This document shows, piece after piece, positions 1 to 10,022 of a DNA stretch of 64,000 bases; position 1 is the first letter of the stretch; every line of letters begins with the position of its first letter. This stretch comes from Lachnospiraceae bacterium UBA7027 (GTDB lineage: Bacteria > Bacillota > Clostridia > Lachnospirales > Lachnospiraceae): positions 10,036 through 74,035 of the forward strand of contig DLBG01000035.1 in assembly GCA_002494135.1 (NCBI GenBank), read 5' to 3'. A program made the translations under genes and the position numbers. The notes under the pieces are model-generated. The model was not told where the DNA came from and searched no databases. It saw only the letters and a program-made list of their open reading frames with translations.

Positions 1-984
1 GGGAGCTACTGCATCCATAAAGGATAAATCGTCGTTTTTCTTCTTGCCGAAGAGACCGCCGCTCTTTTTCTCTTTCTTCTCTTTCTCCGGCTTTGGAGCC
101 TTCTCGGGTTTTTCTTTCTTGTCCTTCTTCTTTCCGGAATTGTCACCGAATAACTGATCGATGATTTCATTGTTATTGACTACACCGGGTGCTCCGGGTG
201 CAGGCGAAGGAGCCGATGCGGGCACGGGTGCCGGTGCAATCTTCTCCTCCTTGGGTTTGGAAGAACCAAAGAGAGAATGCTTCTCGGGCTTGGCAGGAGC
301 AGGTGCCGGCGCAGGTGCGGGTGCAGGAGCTGCCACGGGAACGGGTGCTGCTGCCGGTGCAGGCGTTGCCGCAAAAACGGGTGCCGCTGCAGGCGCAGGT
401 GCTGCTGCTGCGGGAGCAGGAGTTGCGGAAGGTCCGTTTGCCTGTTCACTTTGAAGAAGCTTGTATAAATCAATCAGTGTTACACCGTCTTTTGCAAAGA
501 ACTGGAACAGTTCCACCTGGAACCTGGAATCATCCGTGATTGTCATTTTGATGAATTCATTCTTGATGAATGCAAACATCTCGGCATCCGTATTTTTGTA
601 GGATGCTTCCGGAACATAGATATAGGAAACCAGGTTACTGATCCGGTCAATGTACACATACTTCGGATCGATGCAGAAGCAGTGATAATCAAGGAACCAT
701 TCTTTGCCCTTAATCATGGGATTTAAAAGGTTCATGAACAGCTTGATAAAATCCTTCTTTGTGTAGGAGGAATCGATGTATTCAAGCGCAATCGTATTGA
801 TCAGCTTATATTTTAACTGCATTACACCGTTCACCTCGAGAAGCTGGAACGGAATTAAAAAGTTCGGGCAATCGCTGTTAATTGTCTTAACGGCGATTTC
901 GTCAATCTGAACCGGCTCCGTCAAAGGAATGTTTAAATAGTTCGCCTCAAGTGAGCTTTGAATGGTAAAATTCTGTGTGTTCAT
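1..984 (-). CDS. DUF6382-like protein of Tad locus, Pro/Ala-rich linker; 3' end runs off the window (FHA domain likely beyond edge)
   Basis: Not in ORF track because it has no stop in the window. ATG at 984 with GGGGAG RBS; reads MNTQNFTIQSSLEANYLNIP...FCIDPKYVYIDRISNLVSYIYVPE...PAPAAAAPAPA...KKSGGLFGKKK and is open to position 1. Resembles the DUF6382(+FHA) genes that end clostridial Tad loci. Confidence 0.7.
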   Translation of the reverse strand, partial: MNTQNFTIQSSLEANYLNIPLTEPVQIDEIAVKTINSDCPNFLIPFQLLEVNGVMQLKYKLINTIALEYIDSSYTKKDFIKLFMNLLNPMIKGKEWFLDYHCFCIDPKYVYIDRISNLVSYIYVPEASYKNTDAEMFAFIKNEFIKMTITDDSRFQVELFQFFAKDGVTLIDLYKLLQSEQANGPSATPAPAAAAPAPAAAPVFAATPAPAAAPVPVAAPAPAPAPAPAPAKPEKHSLFGSSKPKEEKIAPAPVPASAPSPAPGAPGVVNNNEIIDQLFGDNSGKKKDKKEKPEKAPKPEKEKKEKKSGGLFGKKKNDDLSFMDAVAP

Positions 985-997
985 ACGCTTCTCTCCC

Positions 998-2335
998 CTA
1001 TTGTCCGTAGTAGTTGAAAATAATCAGTCTTGCCATACCGTTTTCATAAATCTGTCCGACTCCGCCGTGGAACGGTGTCGCATTTTCAAATACTTCTTCC
1101 GAAATCGGAACATCTTTTCTGCTGATGTAAATCCAGTCATCGGAATAAGTCTTTACGGCTGCCACGTAATCCGAGAAGGAATATGCATCCGTGTATTTGT
1201 ACTCGATGACGAGTTCACCCTTATCATTGATGAATCCCCATCTTCCTGCCTTGTCAGCCACTGCAATATATCCTTCCGACTCCGGAGCTTTCGCATCATC
1301 AAAAGTCTCGCCGGTGAGGTCTTCACCCATTGTGTTAACCAGGTGCCATCTGCCGCCGATTTTAATCATTCCCCTGTTATCACGGAAAACGGATCCGTAA
1401 GAATTGATCGCCACATCTTCGATTCCACCCTTAATCAAAGTTCCTTCGGTCAGGCTGTAAATACCCCACTCATTGCCGTTTTTCGCAACAATCACACCGT
1501 GCGATGATCTGGTAACCTCATCAAACTGTAAGTTTGTCAGAATCTGATTGTAGTCGTAATTGAAGATGCCGTACTTTCCGTCTTTCTTAGCCTGGAAATA
1601 ACTTGCAAACGAATAGGCCAGTCCCTGAATTCTGGTATTGTTCGGATTGTCATCCAAACCGTACTTATCTCCTGCGACATTAATGGCAAAATACTTACCG
1701 TCTTTGGCAACCGCAGCGATTCCGTCAGCGGAAAAAGCGGTCGCTTCGTCAAACTGCGGCTGTACAATGACACCGCCGTCGCGGCTGATGTATCCCCATT
1801 TTTCTCCGTCAAACGCCGGCATGATGGTGTTATCGGCTGTCGGAGCAATATAAGCAAACTTCGTGGAACGGGTTTTGTATGTATAACGATACTGCTCATA
1901 AAGATTCATCAGTTCCTCGTCCCCTGTCTGGTCGATTCCCTTGTGAATCAGTGCAAATGCCTTGGACATGCTGAAAGAGCTGACATAGAAGTTAAACGTA
2001 TTCTTATAATCTTCCACCGACGCGGTATTGTTTTCCGCTCTGGCTTCCACAAGTTTTGCGTATTTTGCATAATCACCGTGCAGATAATATGCCTTCATAA
2101 GACGGGTTTCCAAATCAAAATCGCGGGTATCCGTGGTTTTGATTTTAGCCGCCTCTTCGTAAACCGGAATTGCACGGACATAGAGTTCCCTGCTCATAAA
2201 ATTGTCCGCCTGCGCGATAAGCTTGTCCTGTTTCTTAATCTCATCCATACGGGTTACAGCCTTCAGAGCCAGCACCCATCCGATTAAAAGGACAAAAACC
2301 AGTGCAAAAATGACGATGATTTTTTTCTTTCCCAT
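998..2335 (-). CDS. Membrane-anchored WG-repeat protein with N-terminal TPR-like helices
   Basis: N-terminal TM; repeated KWGYI/KYGIF/EWGIY/RWGFI...A..FS.G.A.V units. Confidence 0.85.
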   Translation of the reverse strand: MGKKKIIVIFALVFVLLIGWVLALKAVTRMDEIKKQDKLIAQADNFMSRELYVRAIPVYEEAAKIKTTDTRDFDLETRLMKAYYLHGDYAKYAKLVEARAENNTASVEDYKNTFNFYVSSFSMSKAFALIHKGIDQTGDEELMNLYEQYRYTYKTRSTKFAYIAPTADNTIMPAFDGEKWGYISRDGGVIVQPQFDEATAFSADGIAAVAKDGKYFAINVAGDKYGLDDNPNNTRIQGLAYSFASYFQAKKDGKYGIFNYDYNQILTNLQFDEVTRSSHGVIVAKNGNEWGIYSLTEGTLIKGGIEDVAINSYGSVFRDNRGMIKIGGRWHLVNTMGEDLTGETFDDAKAPESEGYIAVADKAGRWGFINDKGELVIEYKYTDAYSFSDYVAAVKTYSDDWIYISRKDVPISEEVFENATPFHGGVGQIYENGMARLIIFNYYGQ

Positions 2336-2353
2336 ACCAACCTCTCAATTCTT

Positions 2354-3016
2354 TCAAAGTATTATGTATGTTATCAGGCATCCCAGATACAGAAACGGAA
2401 TCATTGGAACACCGCTTTTAAACGTTAATTTCTTCAGTGCAATCATGACTAACGAGAAGATGCAGCAAAGAATACTTCCGTAGAAGATTCCTCCGAACAT
2501 TCTCGACGATGTCATGTAAAGGCCGAGAATAAAAGCGAATTTCACGTCTCCCGCACCGAGTTTCTTCTTGGTAAGAAGATACACCAGAAGGAAGATTACT
2601 CCGGCAATGACTCCGCCGATCAATGACCTTCCGAGTAATGCCACACCCTGTTCGGTATGAAGAAGGATTCCGATGCTGATTAACAGCATCCAGATACCGA
2701 GTGCAATCAGGATAATGCGGTTCGGAACGATTTTCTTCTTGATATCACATACCGTAAGCGTTGCCATAACAACGAGAAATACGGATGTTAAAATCTTCAT
2801 TTCCAGCATCATGGCCGGATACCGAAGATATGTAATGACTCCTGTCAGGAGAAAAGTTACGATTGCATCAATAATAACGACCTTATCGCTTACTATTTTC
2901 TTTTTTTTCTTTAATTCCAGAACAACGGCACTATCCAGATACGTAATCAGAAGATAGAACGCCAGAGTTACAATCAGCGCATTCGCCACTGACATGGCTA
3001 ACCATATGAAATCCAT
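2354..3016 (-). CDS. Prepilin peptidase, A24 family (TadV/CpaA-like)
   Basis: Polytopic; CDIKKKIVPN and LGAGDVKF catalytic Asp motifs; C-terminal VPMIPFL. Confidence 0.92.
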   Translation of the reverse strand: MDFIWLAMSVANALIVTLAFYLLITYLDSAVVLELKKKKKIVSDKVVIIDAIVTFLLTGVITYLRYPAMMLEMKILTSVFLVVMATLTVCDIKKKIVPNRIILIALGIWMLLISIGILLHTEQGVALLGRSLIGGVIAGVIFLLVYLLTKKKLGAGDVKFAFILGLYMTSSRMFGGIFYGSILCCIFSLVMIALKKLTFKSGVPMIPFLYLGCLITYIIL

Positions 3017-3039
3017 TTGCTTCTTTCAATCACCTTTGT

Positions 3040-4467
3040 CTATTTAAACTTTACGAAATCTATCGTTTTTTCGTCGTATTTGTAGTCCCCTATAATAACA
3101 TCCATACCGGTTCTCTCTATGTAAAGTTCCGCCCCGTTGCTACCGGTAAACTTTACGCAGGGAATTCCCCGGTAATAGTAAAGATACTTGCTGTAATCTC
3201 CGGTTTCAACCATTTCGCGCATGGGTTCGCTGGCCGAAAGATCATAGAAATCCGTATTTGTATCCGGCAAATCCGCATGTTTCAGCTGGGTATTTTTGGA
3301 TAAATCCACAGGATCCGTCAGAGGATTGCTGAACGGGTTTACCCAGCTTAAATTCTGGAAATGCTCTATTCCCTTAAAACTGCTGTAGTTTTTCTGATGT
3401 ACCATCAGTTTATTTACATTCTCTGTTTCGTCTTTGCTTAAAAATCCGTCATTGTTTTTATCATAACTCATTGCAAGACTGCGGAAGTTTTTATCCGGGA
3501 AATGCTTTTCGTCAAGAGCCACACCTCTGGGATCTTCTTCCTCTTTCTTTTCTTCTTTCTTATCTTCCTTTTTGGAATCCTCTTTAACGCTCTTGCCCGT
3601 CAGATATGCACTGTGCTTTGATACCCCGTTGTCTCCTACCCACGCGGAAACGCATACGCGCTGAACCATATGGATATTCGGATCCGACAGAATCAGTCCG
3701 AGGAATCCGACATGAATATCATATTCCACAACAAGGTCTATCGTCCGGTAGTCCTCGTCACAGAACATGGTGGAACCGGAAAAATCAAGTCCCTTGTAGC
3801 CGTCCTTTACTCCGAATCCCCTTAAGAACTGGTCTCCGGAAAGGTCGCCCTGTCTTAAGTATTTCTCTGTCAGAGCCTGTGCAGCCAGCTTCGCTCCGAG
3901 ACTCTTTACGTAATAGGATGCACCGTTAACAGCCATGTAAATAATACCGACAACGGAACCGCTGGGATCTTCAAACAGTCCCTGAATTTTCTCCGCGGAT
4001 GCTTTTCCGGAATCATAGGCGGCACCGCCTGCCTCCTTCACCGCATTGGCATTCTGTTCCATCTTTGCGATGTAATCCGTATCCAGCGTCACCGTTTTTG
4101 CATCCTTAATGGCACTTCCGGAGGTTTCGTATAAACCGGAAATTTTATTCATGGTATCCGTAACCTGTGTTACGGTATCATCCACGTTCTCGGCATATTC
4201 TCCCATGTCTTTTTCCATGGTTTTCTCTGCATTTCTGGCGCCCAGTGCCTCGTAAAGGTACGTATATGCAGCGATTTCATGTGCGGCCGAATTGATGGCA
4301 AACTGAACCTTGTTATGCACGATAAAGATATTGGTAAAATAGATTACCCCCGCAACCACCACAAGGAACACCGTAAAGGAAATAACAACCTCTATGGTTA
4401 CCATACCGCTTCGGTTTTTGCCGTCATTATGTTCTGTATGAAATTGGGAATTGCGATCCAATGTCAT
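3040..4467 (-). CDS. TadE-like pseudopilin with C-terminal internalin-like cap/LRR segment
   Basis: SG|MVTIEVVISF prepilin motif; tail FPDKNFR...DKNNDGFLSKDE...KGIEHFQNL...VDLSKNTQL. Confidence 0.8.
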   Translation of the reverse strand: MTLDRNSQFHTEHNDGKNRSGMVTIEVVISFTVFLVVVAGVIYFTNIFIVHNKVQFAINSAAHEIAAYTYLYEALGARNAEKTMEKDMGEYAENVDDTVTQVTDTMNKISGLYETSGSAIKDAKTVTLDTDYIAKMEQNANAVKEAGGAAYDSGKASAEKIQGLFEDPSGSVVGIIYMAVNGASYYVKSLGAKLAAQALTEKYLRQGDLSGDQFLRGFGVKDGYKGLDFSGSTMFCDEDYRTIDLVVEYDIHVGFLGLILSDPNIHMVQRVCVSAWVGDNGVSKHSAYLTGKSVKEDSKKEDKKEEKKEEEDPRGVALDEKHFPDKNFRSLAMSYDKNNDGFLSKDETENVNKLMVHQKNYSSFKGIEHFQNLSWVNPFSNPLTDPVDLSKNTQLKHADLPDTNTDFYDLSASEPMREMVETGDYSKYLYYYRGIPCVKFTGSNGAELYIERTGMDVIIGDYKYDEKTIDFVKFK

Positions 4468-4470
4468 GAA

Positions 4471-7194
4471 TTAATAACCTCTTATCACGTCAAACTGATA
4501 TGTTGTCTTCTCAAATTCTTCCAGATCTTCGTAAGTTGCTCCGCCCGAGTTCTTCGCGCCGAGGAATGCCTTGGCAAAGCCTCTGGGAATCAGGGCAAAA
4601 TCCATCTGAACGCTGCAGGTGGACTTCACTGCGGTATGGGCATTTTTCATTTTAAATGCCGCATTTGCGTAATCATCTTTTAAGTTCTTGTCTTCCCCGA
4701 CCTCTTCAATGACAGCGTTCATATTGAGCTCTATCAGATTCTGAGTTCGGGCAAAGACTTTTTCGGACGATGTCATAAAGATCAGCATGATCATCAGGTA
4801 CTGCTCATAAGTGAATCCGAAACCGTCATCACTGGCTTCGACATCACCGATTGGCAGGAAGCTTGCCAGCATTTCCAGCGAATCCAGTTCATCTACTTTG
4901 GATTTATACAAGATTACCTTGTCACCTTTCATTAATTTCTGCCATTCCGCATAGGTTTCCAATGCAGCGAATCCGAATCGGAGGGCAATCTCAAGAATGA
5001 TTGCAAGGGCCGGACCGACAATCGGAATTGCATTTACCGCTTTACTGATGGCCTGAATTGCAGCATCGACTTCGGTTATGGAATAGGAACTGCAGAAATT
5101 CATAATCATACGGAAACCGCAAATTAAGTTTCTGCAATAATTCATGTTCGACTTGGCACTCTTGGAACCGTTGATTACGTATTCCAGTTCCGCGCCGTAC
5201 ATGTAATTAATGGACTTGCATTTTTCGTATCCGGTTAAGGAAACGGTGGAAGTACCGGTTGCATTGTCCAGAACCTTTTCTCCGAAGCTTCCGTCGGCAT
5301 CTTTGTTCTTTTCTTTATTCTCCTTGCGAACCTGCGTTACACGGCTTGAGAACATACCGAAGTCATATTCCACGCAGTATAACTTTAACAGTGCTTCGTT
5401 GCCGGCATTGCCCCAGCCGCCGTTGGAAATCAGGTCGCCGACCTTGCTCATCATATCCTTTAAGGAGGAAGAGCTGCCGCCCGTATTGCCGCCGAAATCA
5501 TAGGAATCCGGAATGTTTCTGACTCCCTTGGAAGCCTGTTCCTCTTTCTTCTCTTCCTCATCCAGACCTTTATCGGCCTCATCCACTTTGGAGTTTCCTT
5601 TTTCCTTATTCTCCTCCGCTTCTTTCTTTACCTCTGCGGTGTCACCCTTGTAATCAAATCCCTGACCGAGTCTTGTATACAGTTCCTTGTAGGACGCAAC
5701 CGTCATGAAAGACTTGAAATTAGGTGCCGCGATGGCATCTCGTTTTGCAATCTCATCGGCATATTCTTTGATTTTATCAATTTCGCCGGGATCGGTATCA
5801 TAGTCTGCTTTACCGTCTTTAATTAAATCATCCAGTGCTTCGAATGCGCTCTTCTCACAATCAACACGCTGACGGTATCTGTCATTCTCCGCCTTGTTGG
5901 GCTGAATATAATCGGACATTTCCTGAATGGTGCTGATCACCTGATCGGAAAGGAGTTCATCCATACTGTCCACATCGGCCCCGATTTTGGTACGAAGTGC
6001 TTCCGAAACCTTGTATTCTCCTTTATCGTCCTTTTCATTCAGTGCATTCTGCAGTTCATTCTTGGCAGCGATTACATCTTTTGCCTGTGCTTTGATTTTT
6101 GCGGCAAGTGTATCAACATCGCTTACAAGACCGTTGTAATTCTGCATGTTTACATGATGATCGTCGCCTGCCTTCTTTTCCTGGCTGGCCCAGATTGCAT
6201 CGTCAATCTTGTAATCCTTATTGTCTTTATCGATATACTCCTCGTATTCTGCCTTATAGGAGTCTTTATAATCGCCTTTGTTATCCAGAAAGTCGTTGAC
6301 TTCTTTTTTGTTTTCGTCGAAGCGATCCGCGATATCGCATAAGTGTGATTCTTCGGCCGACAGGGTTTCTCCCTTGCTCTTCTTTTCCTGAGCTGCCTTA
6401 ATGGCATCCGCGTTGTCGGGATCAAGATATTCCGCATACTCGATGTAGGGGGTACCGTGGATAAAGAAATCATAGTTATCCACGACTTCTCCGTGAAGAA
6501 GCGCGTAATCTTTGCGGTAAAGTTCATACTGCTCTTCAATCAGGTACAGGTCGTTGTAATAATCTTTCAGAAGATCTAAGTATTCCTGAAGTTCTTCCAC
6601 GAAATCCTGCTGTTTGTCGATGACCTTCATGTCACCTTCATGGGACTGCACTTCTTTCTGCATGTCCATCAGACCTCCGCCGACTTCTCCGTCTGCGGTA
6701 ATATCACCGGCCATCAGCAGCTGCTGGGCGATACGGAAGCGCATAAAATCACCGAGCTGAGTGGCAAAAACTTCATCATCGTTTAAGTCCGCCCCCTCGA
6801 CAAACTCGTAGGACATATTGACATCCGCGGCACTGTAAGGCATGAAGCCGTCATAGGAAGTCGTACCGAGAATTGCCTGCAGATACTTGTAACTGATGGT
6901 ATTGTCATTCGGACGGAAGGAACTTGCAGAATAATTCTTTAACGTATCGAGTGCCTCAAGTGCCTCTTTGTCCTGCGTAACGGAAAAGAATCCGTATAAC
7001 TCTCGAAGCAGATCGTCATACTCGGTCAGTATGTCTTCGCCGTAGTTGTCCGCAGTCATAAGCGCAATATTGCTGTACAGCTTCACTCTGGCAAGGTCAC
7101 CTAAGAATGCCGTAAAGAATATGGTCGGAATCATTATCATCGTAACGAAAACCGTTACCGATCCTTTTCCTCTGTTTGCAAAAAACTTTAACAT
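4471..7194 (-). CDS. Large Tad-associated pseudopilin-like protein (DUF5702-type / TadG-like)
   Basis: KG|SVTVFVTMI N-terminus; long helical middle; ELEYVING..S...N and FTYEQYLM motifs typical of this clostridial Tad component. Confidence 0.8.
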   Translation of the reverse strand: MLKFFANRGKGSVTVFVTMIMIPTIFFTAFLGDLARVKLYSNIALMTADNYGEDILTEYDDLLRELYGFFSVTQDKEALEALDTLKNYSASSFRPNDNTISYKYLQAILGTTSYDGFMPYSAADVNMSYEFVEGADLNDDEVFATQLGDFMRFRIAQQLLMAGDITADGEVGGGLMDMQKEVQSHEGDMKVIDKQQDFVEELQEYLDLLKDYYNDLYLIEEQYELYRKDYALLHGEVVDNYDFFIHGTPYIEYAEYLDPDNADAIKAAQEKKSKGETLSAEESHLCDIADRFDENKKEVNDFLDNKGDYKDSYKAEYEEYIDKDNKDYKIDDAIWASQEKKAGDDHHVNMQNYNGLVSDVDTLAAKIKAQAKDVIAAKNELQNALNEKDDKGEYKVSEALRTKIGADVDSMDELLSDQVISTIQEMSDYIQPNKAENDRYRQRVDCEKSAFEALDDLIKDGKADYDTDPGEIDKIKEYADEIAKRDAIAAPNFKSFMTVASYKELYTRLGQGFDYKGDTAEVKKEAEENKEKGNSKVDEADKGLDEEEKKEEQASKGVRNIPDSYDFGGNTGGSSSSLKDMMSKVGDLISNGGWGNAGNEALLKLYCVEYDFGMFSSRVTQVRKENKEKNKDADGSFGEKVLDNATGTSTVSLTGYEKCKSINYMYGAELEYVINGSKSAKSNMNYCRNLICGFRMIMNFCSSYSITEVDAAIQAISKAVNAIPIVGPALAIILEIALRFGFAALETYAEWQKLMKGDKVILYKSKVDELDSLEMLASFLPIGDVEASDDGFGFTYEQYLMIMLIFMTSSEKVFARTQNLIELNMNAVIEEVGEDKNLKDDYANAAFKMKNAHTAVKSTCSVQMDFALIPRGFAKAFLGAKNSGGATYEDLEEFEKTTYQFDVIRGY

Positions 7195-7205
7195 GGATTA
7201 CTCCC

Positions 7206-7877
7206 TCAACTGATACCAAAAGTGTCTTTAAACTTGTCGTAAACCTTCACGGCATCATCAACCAGTTCCTTGGCTTTCTTGCCGATTTCGGTATTTTCAA
7301 TAATGTCTATTACCAAATCCGTATTTCGGATAAAATCGTCACCGTCATGAATTACCACGATACCCGTCACATCAATATCCATTTTATTGTCAACACCGAT
7401 CATTCCGAGGTTGATTGCTGGTGTAATGGTTTGTGACACGTCTACTTTTAAGGCCTGATAGACAACATAGTTGGTGGTTTCCACATTTACCACGATATTG
7501 TCTCCTCCGGGTGCCTCAAAGAACATATGACTGCACATGGTTTTAAAGAGATTTTCAAATCCGCTTCCCGGTTTGCTCATCGTAAAGAAACGATAAGGAT
7601 TTTTATACTTGGAAGCATCGTATTTGTTGACGGACCCGGCGATATCTTTCCCGTCGCTCTGGGAATATGTGGGTTCATCCGCCACTCCGACAAAGGTATC
7701 GGAATAGGTGTTTTTGTAATAAATCAGTGTGTTCTGCAGATTAGCCTGCAGATTTGCTTTCTGACAGACATAAATGGCGGCAAAGTACATCGCTATTATC
7801 ATGACAGTACAAAAAGGCAATAGAATAGTGGCTTCTACTATTGCATCTCCCTTTCTGTTTTTCATAAAATTCTTCAT
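7206..7877 (-). CDS. TadE-like pseudopilin
   Basis: KG|DAIVEATILLP prepilin motif; C-terminal DDFIRNTDL. Confidence 0.85.
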   Translation of the reverse strand: MKNFMKNRKGDAIVEATILLPFCTVMIIAMYFAAIYVCQKANLQANLQNTLIYYKNTYSDTFVGVADEPTYSQSDGKDIAGSVNKYDASKYKNPYRFFTMSKPGSGFENLFKTMCSHMFFEAPGGDNIVVNVETTNYVVYQALKVDVSQTITPAINLGMIGVDNKMDIDVTGIVVIHDGDDFIRNTDLVIDIIENTEIGKKAKELVDDAVKVYDKFKDTFGIS

Positions 7878-7911
7878 AACTTCACCGCCATTTCTAAGCT
7901 GTCAATTAACA

Positions 7912-8151
7912 TTAATAAGTGTTCTGAACTGCGTTAGGATCGAGATTTGCCTTACCTCTGATCTGATCCCACAAATCATTAAAGAATCCGGATAAGATTC
8001 CCCAAAGAGCTGCTGCAAGCAGAACTACAATCAGAATCAGGATAACGGTAGCAACGATGTTGGAAACACCTTCTTCCTCGTTCTTGAAGTCAGAGAAAAA
8101 CTTTTTCATTTTGAATTTGGTATCCAGATAAAGGTTGTCTAAATAATTCAT
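7912..8151 (-). CDS. flp: Flp1-like type IVc major pilin (atypical, no Glu+5)
   Basis: 79 aa; strong AAGGAGG RBS; leader ending EEEG followed by hydrophobic VSNIVATVILILIVVLLAAALW; follows tadC. Confidence 0.8.
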   Translation of the reverse strand: MNYLDNLYLDTKFKMKKFFSDFKNEEEGVSNIVATVILILIVVLLAAALWGILSGFFNDLWDQIRGKANLDPNAVQNTY

Positions 8152-8191
8152 ACTCTCCTCCTTTTTGTTGGTTGTTTATCTTTGCACGGTG

Positions 8192-9244
8192 TCAGAAAAA
8201 GCTGAAGCCACTTACCACCGGTACAATCACGAGTAACAGGATTCCGCCGAACATAAGCAGGGTCGGAACCAAAAGTTTGGACTGGATTTTTTCGCCCATA
8301 CGTTTTGCGCTGTGCTTTCTTTCCATCCAGCATTCGTCATTCAGTCTTCGGAAGAGGGATACGATTTCCGAATTACCCTTCGCAGTGTTCTGAATGATGG
8401 CGGTTGCCAGTTTATTGGCATAGTTGTTATTGCACTTAACCATGAACTTGGAATATGCCTCCGCCGGGGCAATATTGTTGTTAAGATCCAAAAGTACACG
8501 GCTCATTTCATCGTATAATACTCCGTCGCCGTTTTCCGCAACCAGTTTCCACGCCTGGCTTACTTCCATACCGGAAACGGTAAGAAGCGTAAGCTCGGAT
8601 GCTACCTGAGGGAACTGATTCTCGATTTCTTCTTTTCTCTCGTTGATAATGGAGTTTAAGTTATCCAAAGGCAGGTAACCGATGATGGCAAACAGTGCAA
8701 ATGCTCCGACGGCAAAAATCGCACTCTTGATTCCGAAGTTAAGGCTTAAGAATACTCCCAGAAGGGCAATTCCGACTACCGCACCGAGAACGATACTTCC
8801 GATCAGGTTTGCCAGAACAAAGTAGGAATAATTGATGGCTTCCTTTTTCTCTTTGAACTGTACGCACTGTCCGTTTAACTTCTTTACAAAGTCGTTGGAT
8901 GCATCCCATCTCATTAACTGAATAAACCGGTAACCGGCAACAGGAATTAAGTCTCCGAGTCCGGGTTTGCCTTTTTCGTAACGTTCAAGGGCTTTCTTGT
9001 TCTCATCGAGCTTGGCCTTTAACTTCTTTCCCTTTTTAATCATTGCCTTATCTTTCAGCTCGTTTCTCTTCTGCATTCTGGCAACCAGCTTGTTTAAACT
9101 GATTGTGGTCATTTTAATATTTTCCGCTGCCGTCTCTTTTCTGCAGGTAACGATGGCTTCCGTGATAGCGGGGCCGGCCGTCATGATAAGATAAGCGTAA
9201 ATCAGAAATAAAATTGTCGCGATAAAGATAATTGCTATTTCCAT
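8192..9244 (-). CDS. tadC: TadC / T2SS F-family platform protein
   Basis: ELTLLTVSGM.V..AW; AIIQNTAKGNSE; KLLVPTLLM; follows tadB. Confidence 0.88.
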   Translation of the reverse strand: MEIAIIFIATILFLIYAYLIMTAGPAITEAIVTCRKETAAENIKMTTISLNKLVARMQKRNELKDKAMIKKGKKLKAKLDENKKALERYEKGKPGLGDLIPVAGYRFIQLMRWDASNDFVKKLNGQCVQFKEKKEAINYSYFVLANLIGSIVLGAVVGIALLGVFLSLNFGIKSAIFAVGAFALFAIIGYLPLDNLNSIINERKEEIENQFPQVASELTLLTVSGMEVSQAWKLVAENGDGVLYDEMSRVLLDLNNNIAPAEAYSKFMVKCNNNYANKLATAIIQNTAKGNSEIVSLFRRLNDECWMERKHSAKRMGEKIQSKLLVPTLLMFGGILLLVIVPVVSGFSFF

Positions 9245-9260
9245 GCTTCTTCCTCTTCTT

Positions 9261-10022
9261 CTATGCTTCGATATCCGTGGTCTTAACCATAATCAGGAAC
9301 GAAATAACGAATATGATAAGAGCAACCGTTGCTGCCAGGTGTCCGGGAATCCAGGTGGTAAACAGAGAATCCATAAATCCCTTTCCCATAACGGACATGG
9401 CACCGACCACCAGAATCGGCATAAACAGCATTGTCATGGTTTCGGTTTTTGCTCCGGTGATAACCGTCTCGATTTCCATCTCGGTTTCAATCTTCTGACC
9501 GATAATCTCTTCGGTCTGACAAACCACGTCACCGAAACGGTCGTTCTTTCCGTCGATGGCTTTGAAGATGGTTGCAAAGTTACGGATATCTTCGAGTTCG
9601 CTGCGCTCGGCAAAGCTGTCGAAAAGATCTTTTAACTGCACGCCGCCCCTTTCGTACTGAAGAATAATATTCTCCACCTCGCGAACAATATCCGAATCAT
9701 CCGGATAAGTCATCTTCAGATCCTCGAGCGCGGATTTGATGGCTTTGATTTCCACGTTGCCGGCTCTTGCCGCAACACTCATGGATGCCAGGAAATCCTT
9801 AAACTGGATTCGAAGAGCTTTCTGTCTTTTTCGAATGGTGGATTTGGCATAGATGCGTTCCATGGGAATGGCCATCAGGAAACCTACGATGAGGGAAAGC
9901 CATACCACATGATAAAATACAAAACTCATCAATGACAAAAGAACACCGAATATGACGTATGCCAGCAGATGCTGCGCCGTGGTCATATTACATTTGTAGT
10001 AGATTGGGAGTTTGTCTTTCAT
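9261..10022 (-). CDS. tadB: TadB / T2SS F-family platform protein
   Basis: QFKDFLASMSVAARAG; FAERSELEDIRNFA; overlaps tadA stop. Confidence 0.88.
   Translation of the reverse strand: MKDKLPIYYKCNMTTAQHLLAYVIFGVLLSLMSFVFYHVVWLSLIVGFLMAIPMERIYAKSTIRKRQKALRIQFKDFLASMSVAARAGNVEIKAIKSALEDLKMTYPDDSDIVREVENIILQYERGGVQLKDLFDSFAERSELEDIRNFATIFKAIDGKNDRFGDVVCQTEEIIGQKIETEMEIETVITGAKTETMTMLFMPILVVGAMSVMGKGFMDSLFTTWIPGHLAATVALIIFVISFLIMVKTTDIEA

Noticed and set aside
161-539. Short Ala/Gly-, Cys- or Gln-rich ORFs in the track
   Set aside because: Shadow frames of the Pro/Ala linker of the minus-strand gene at 1-984
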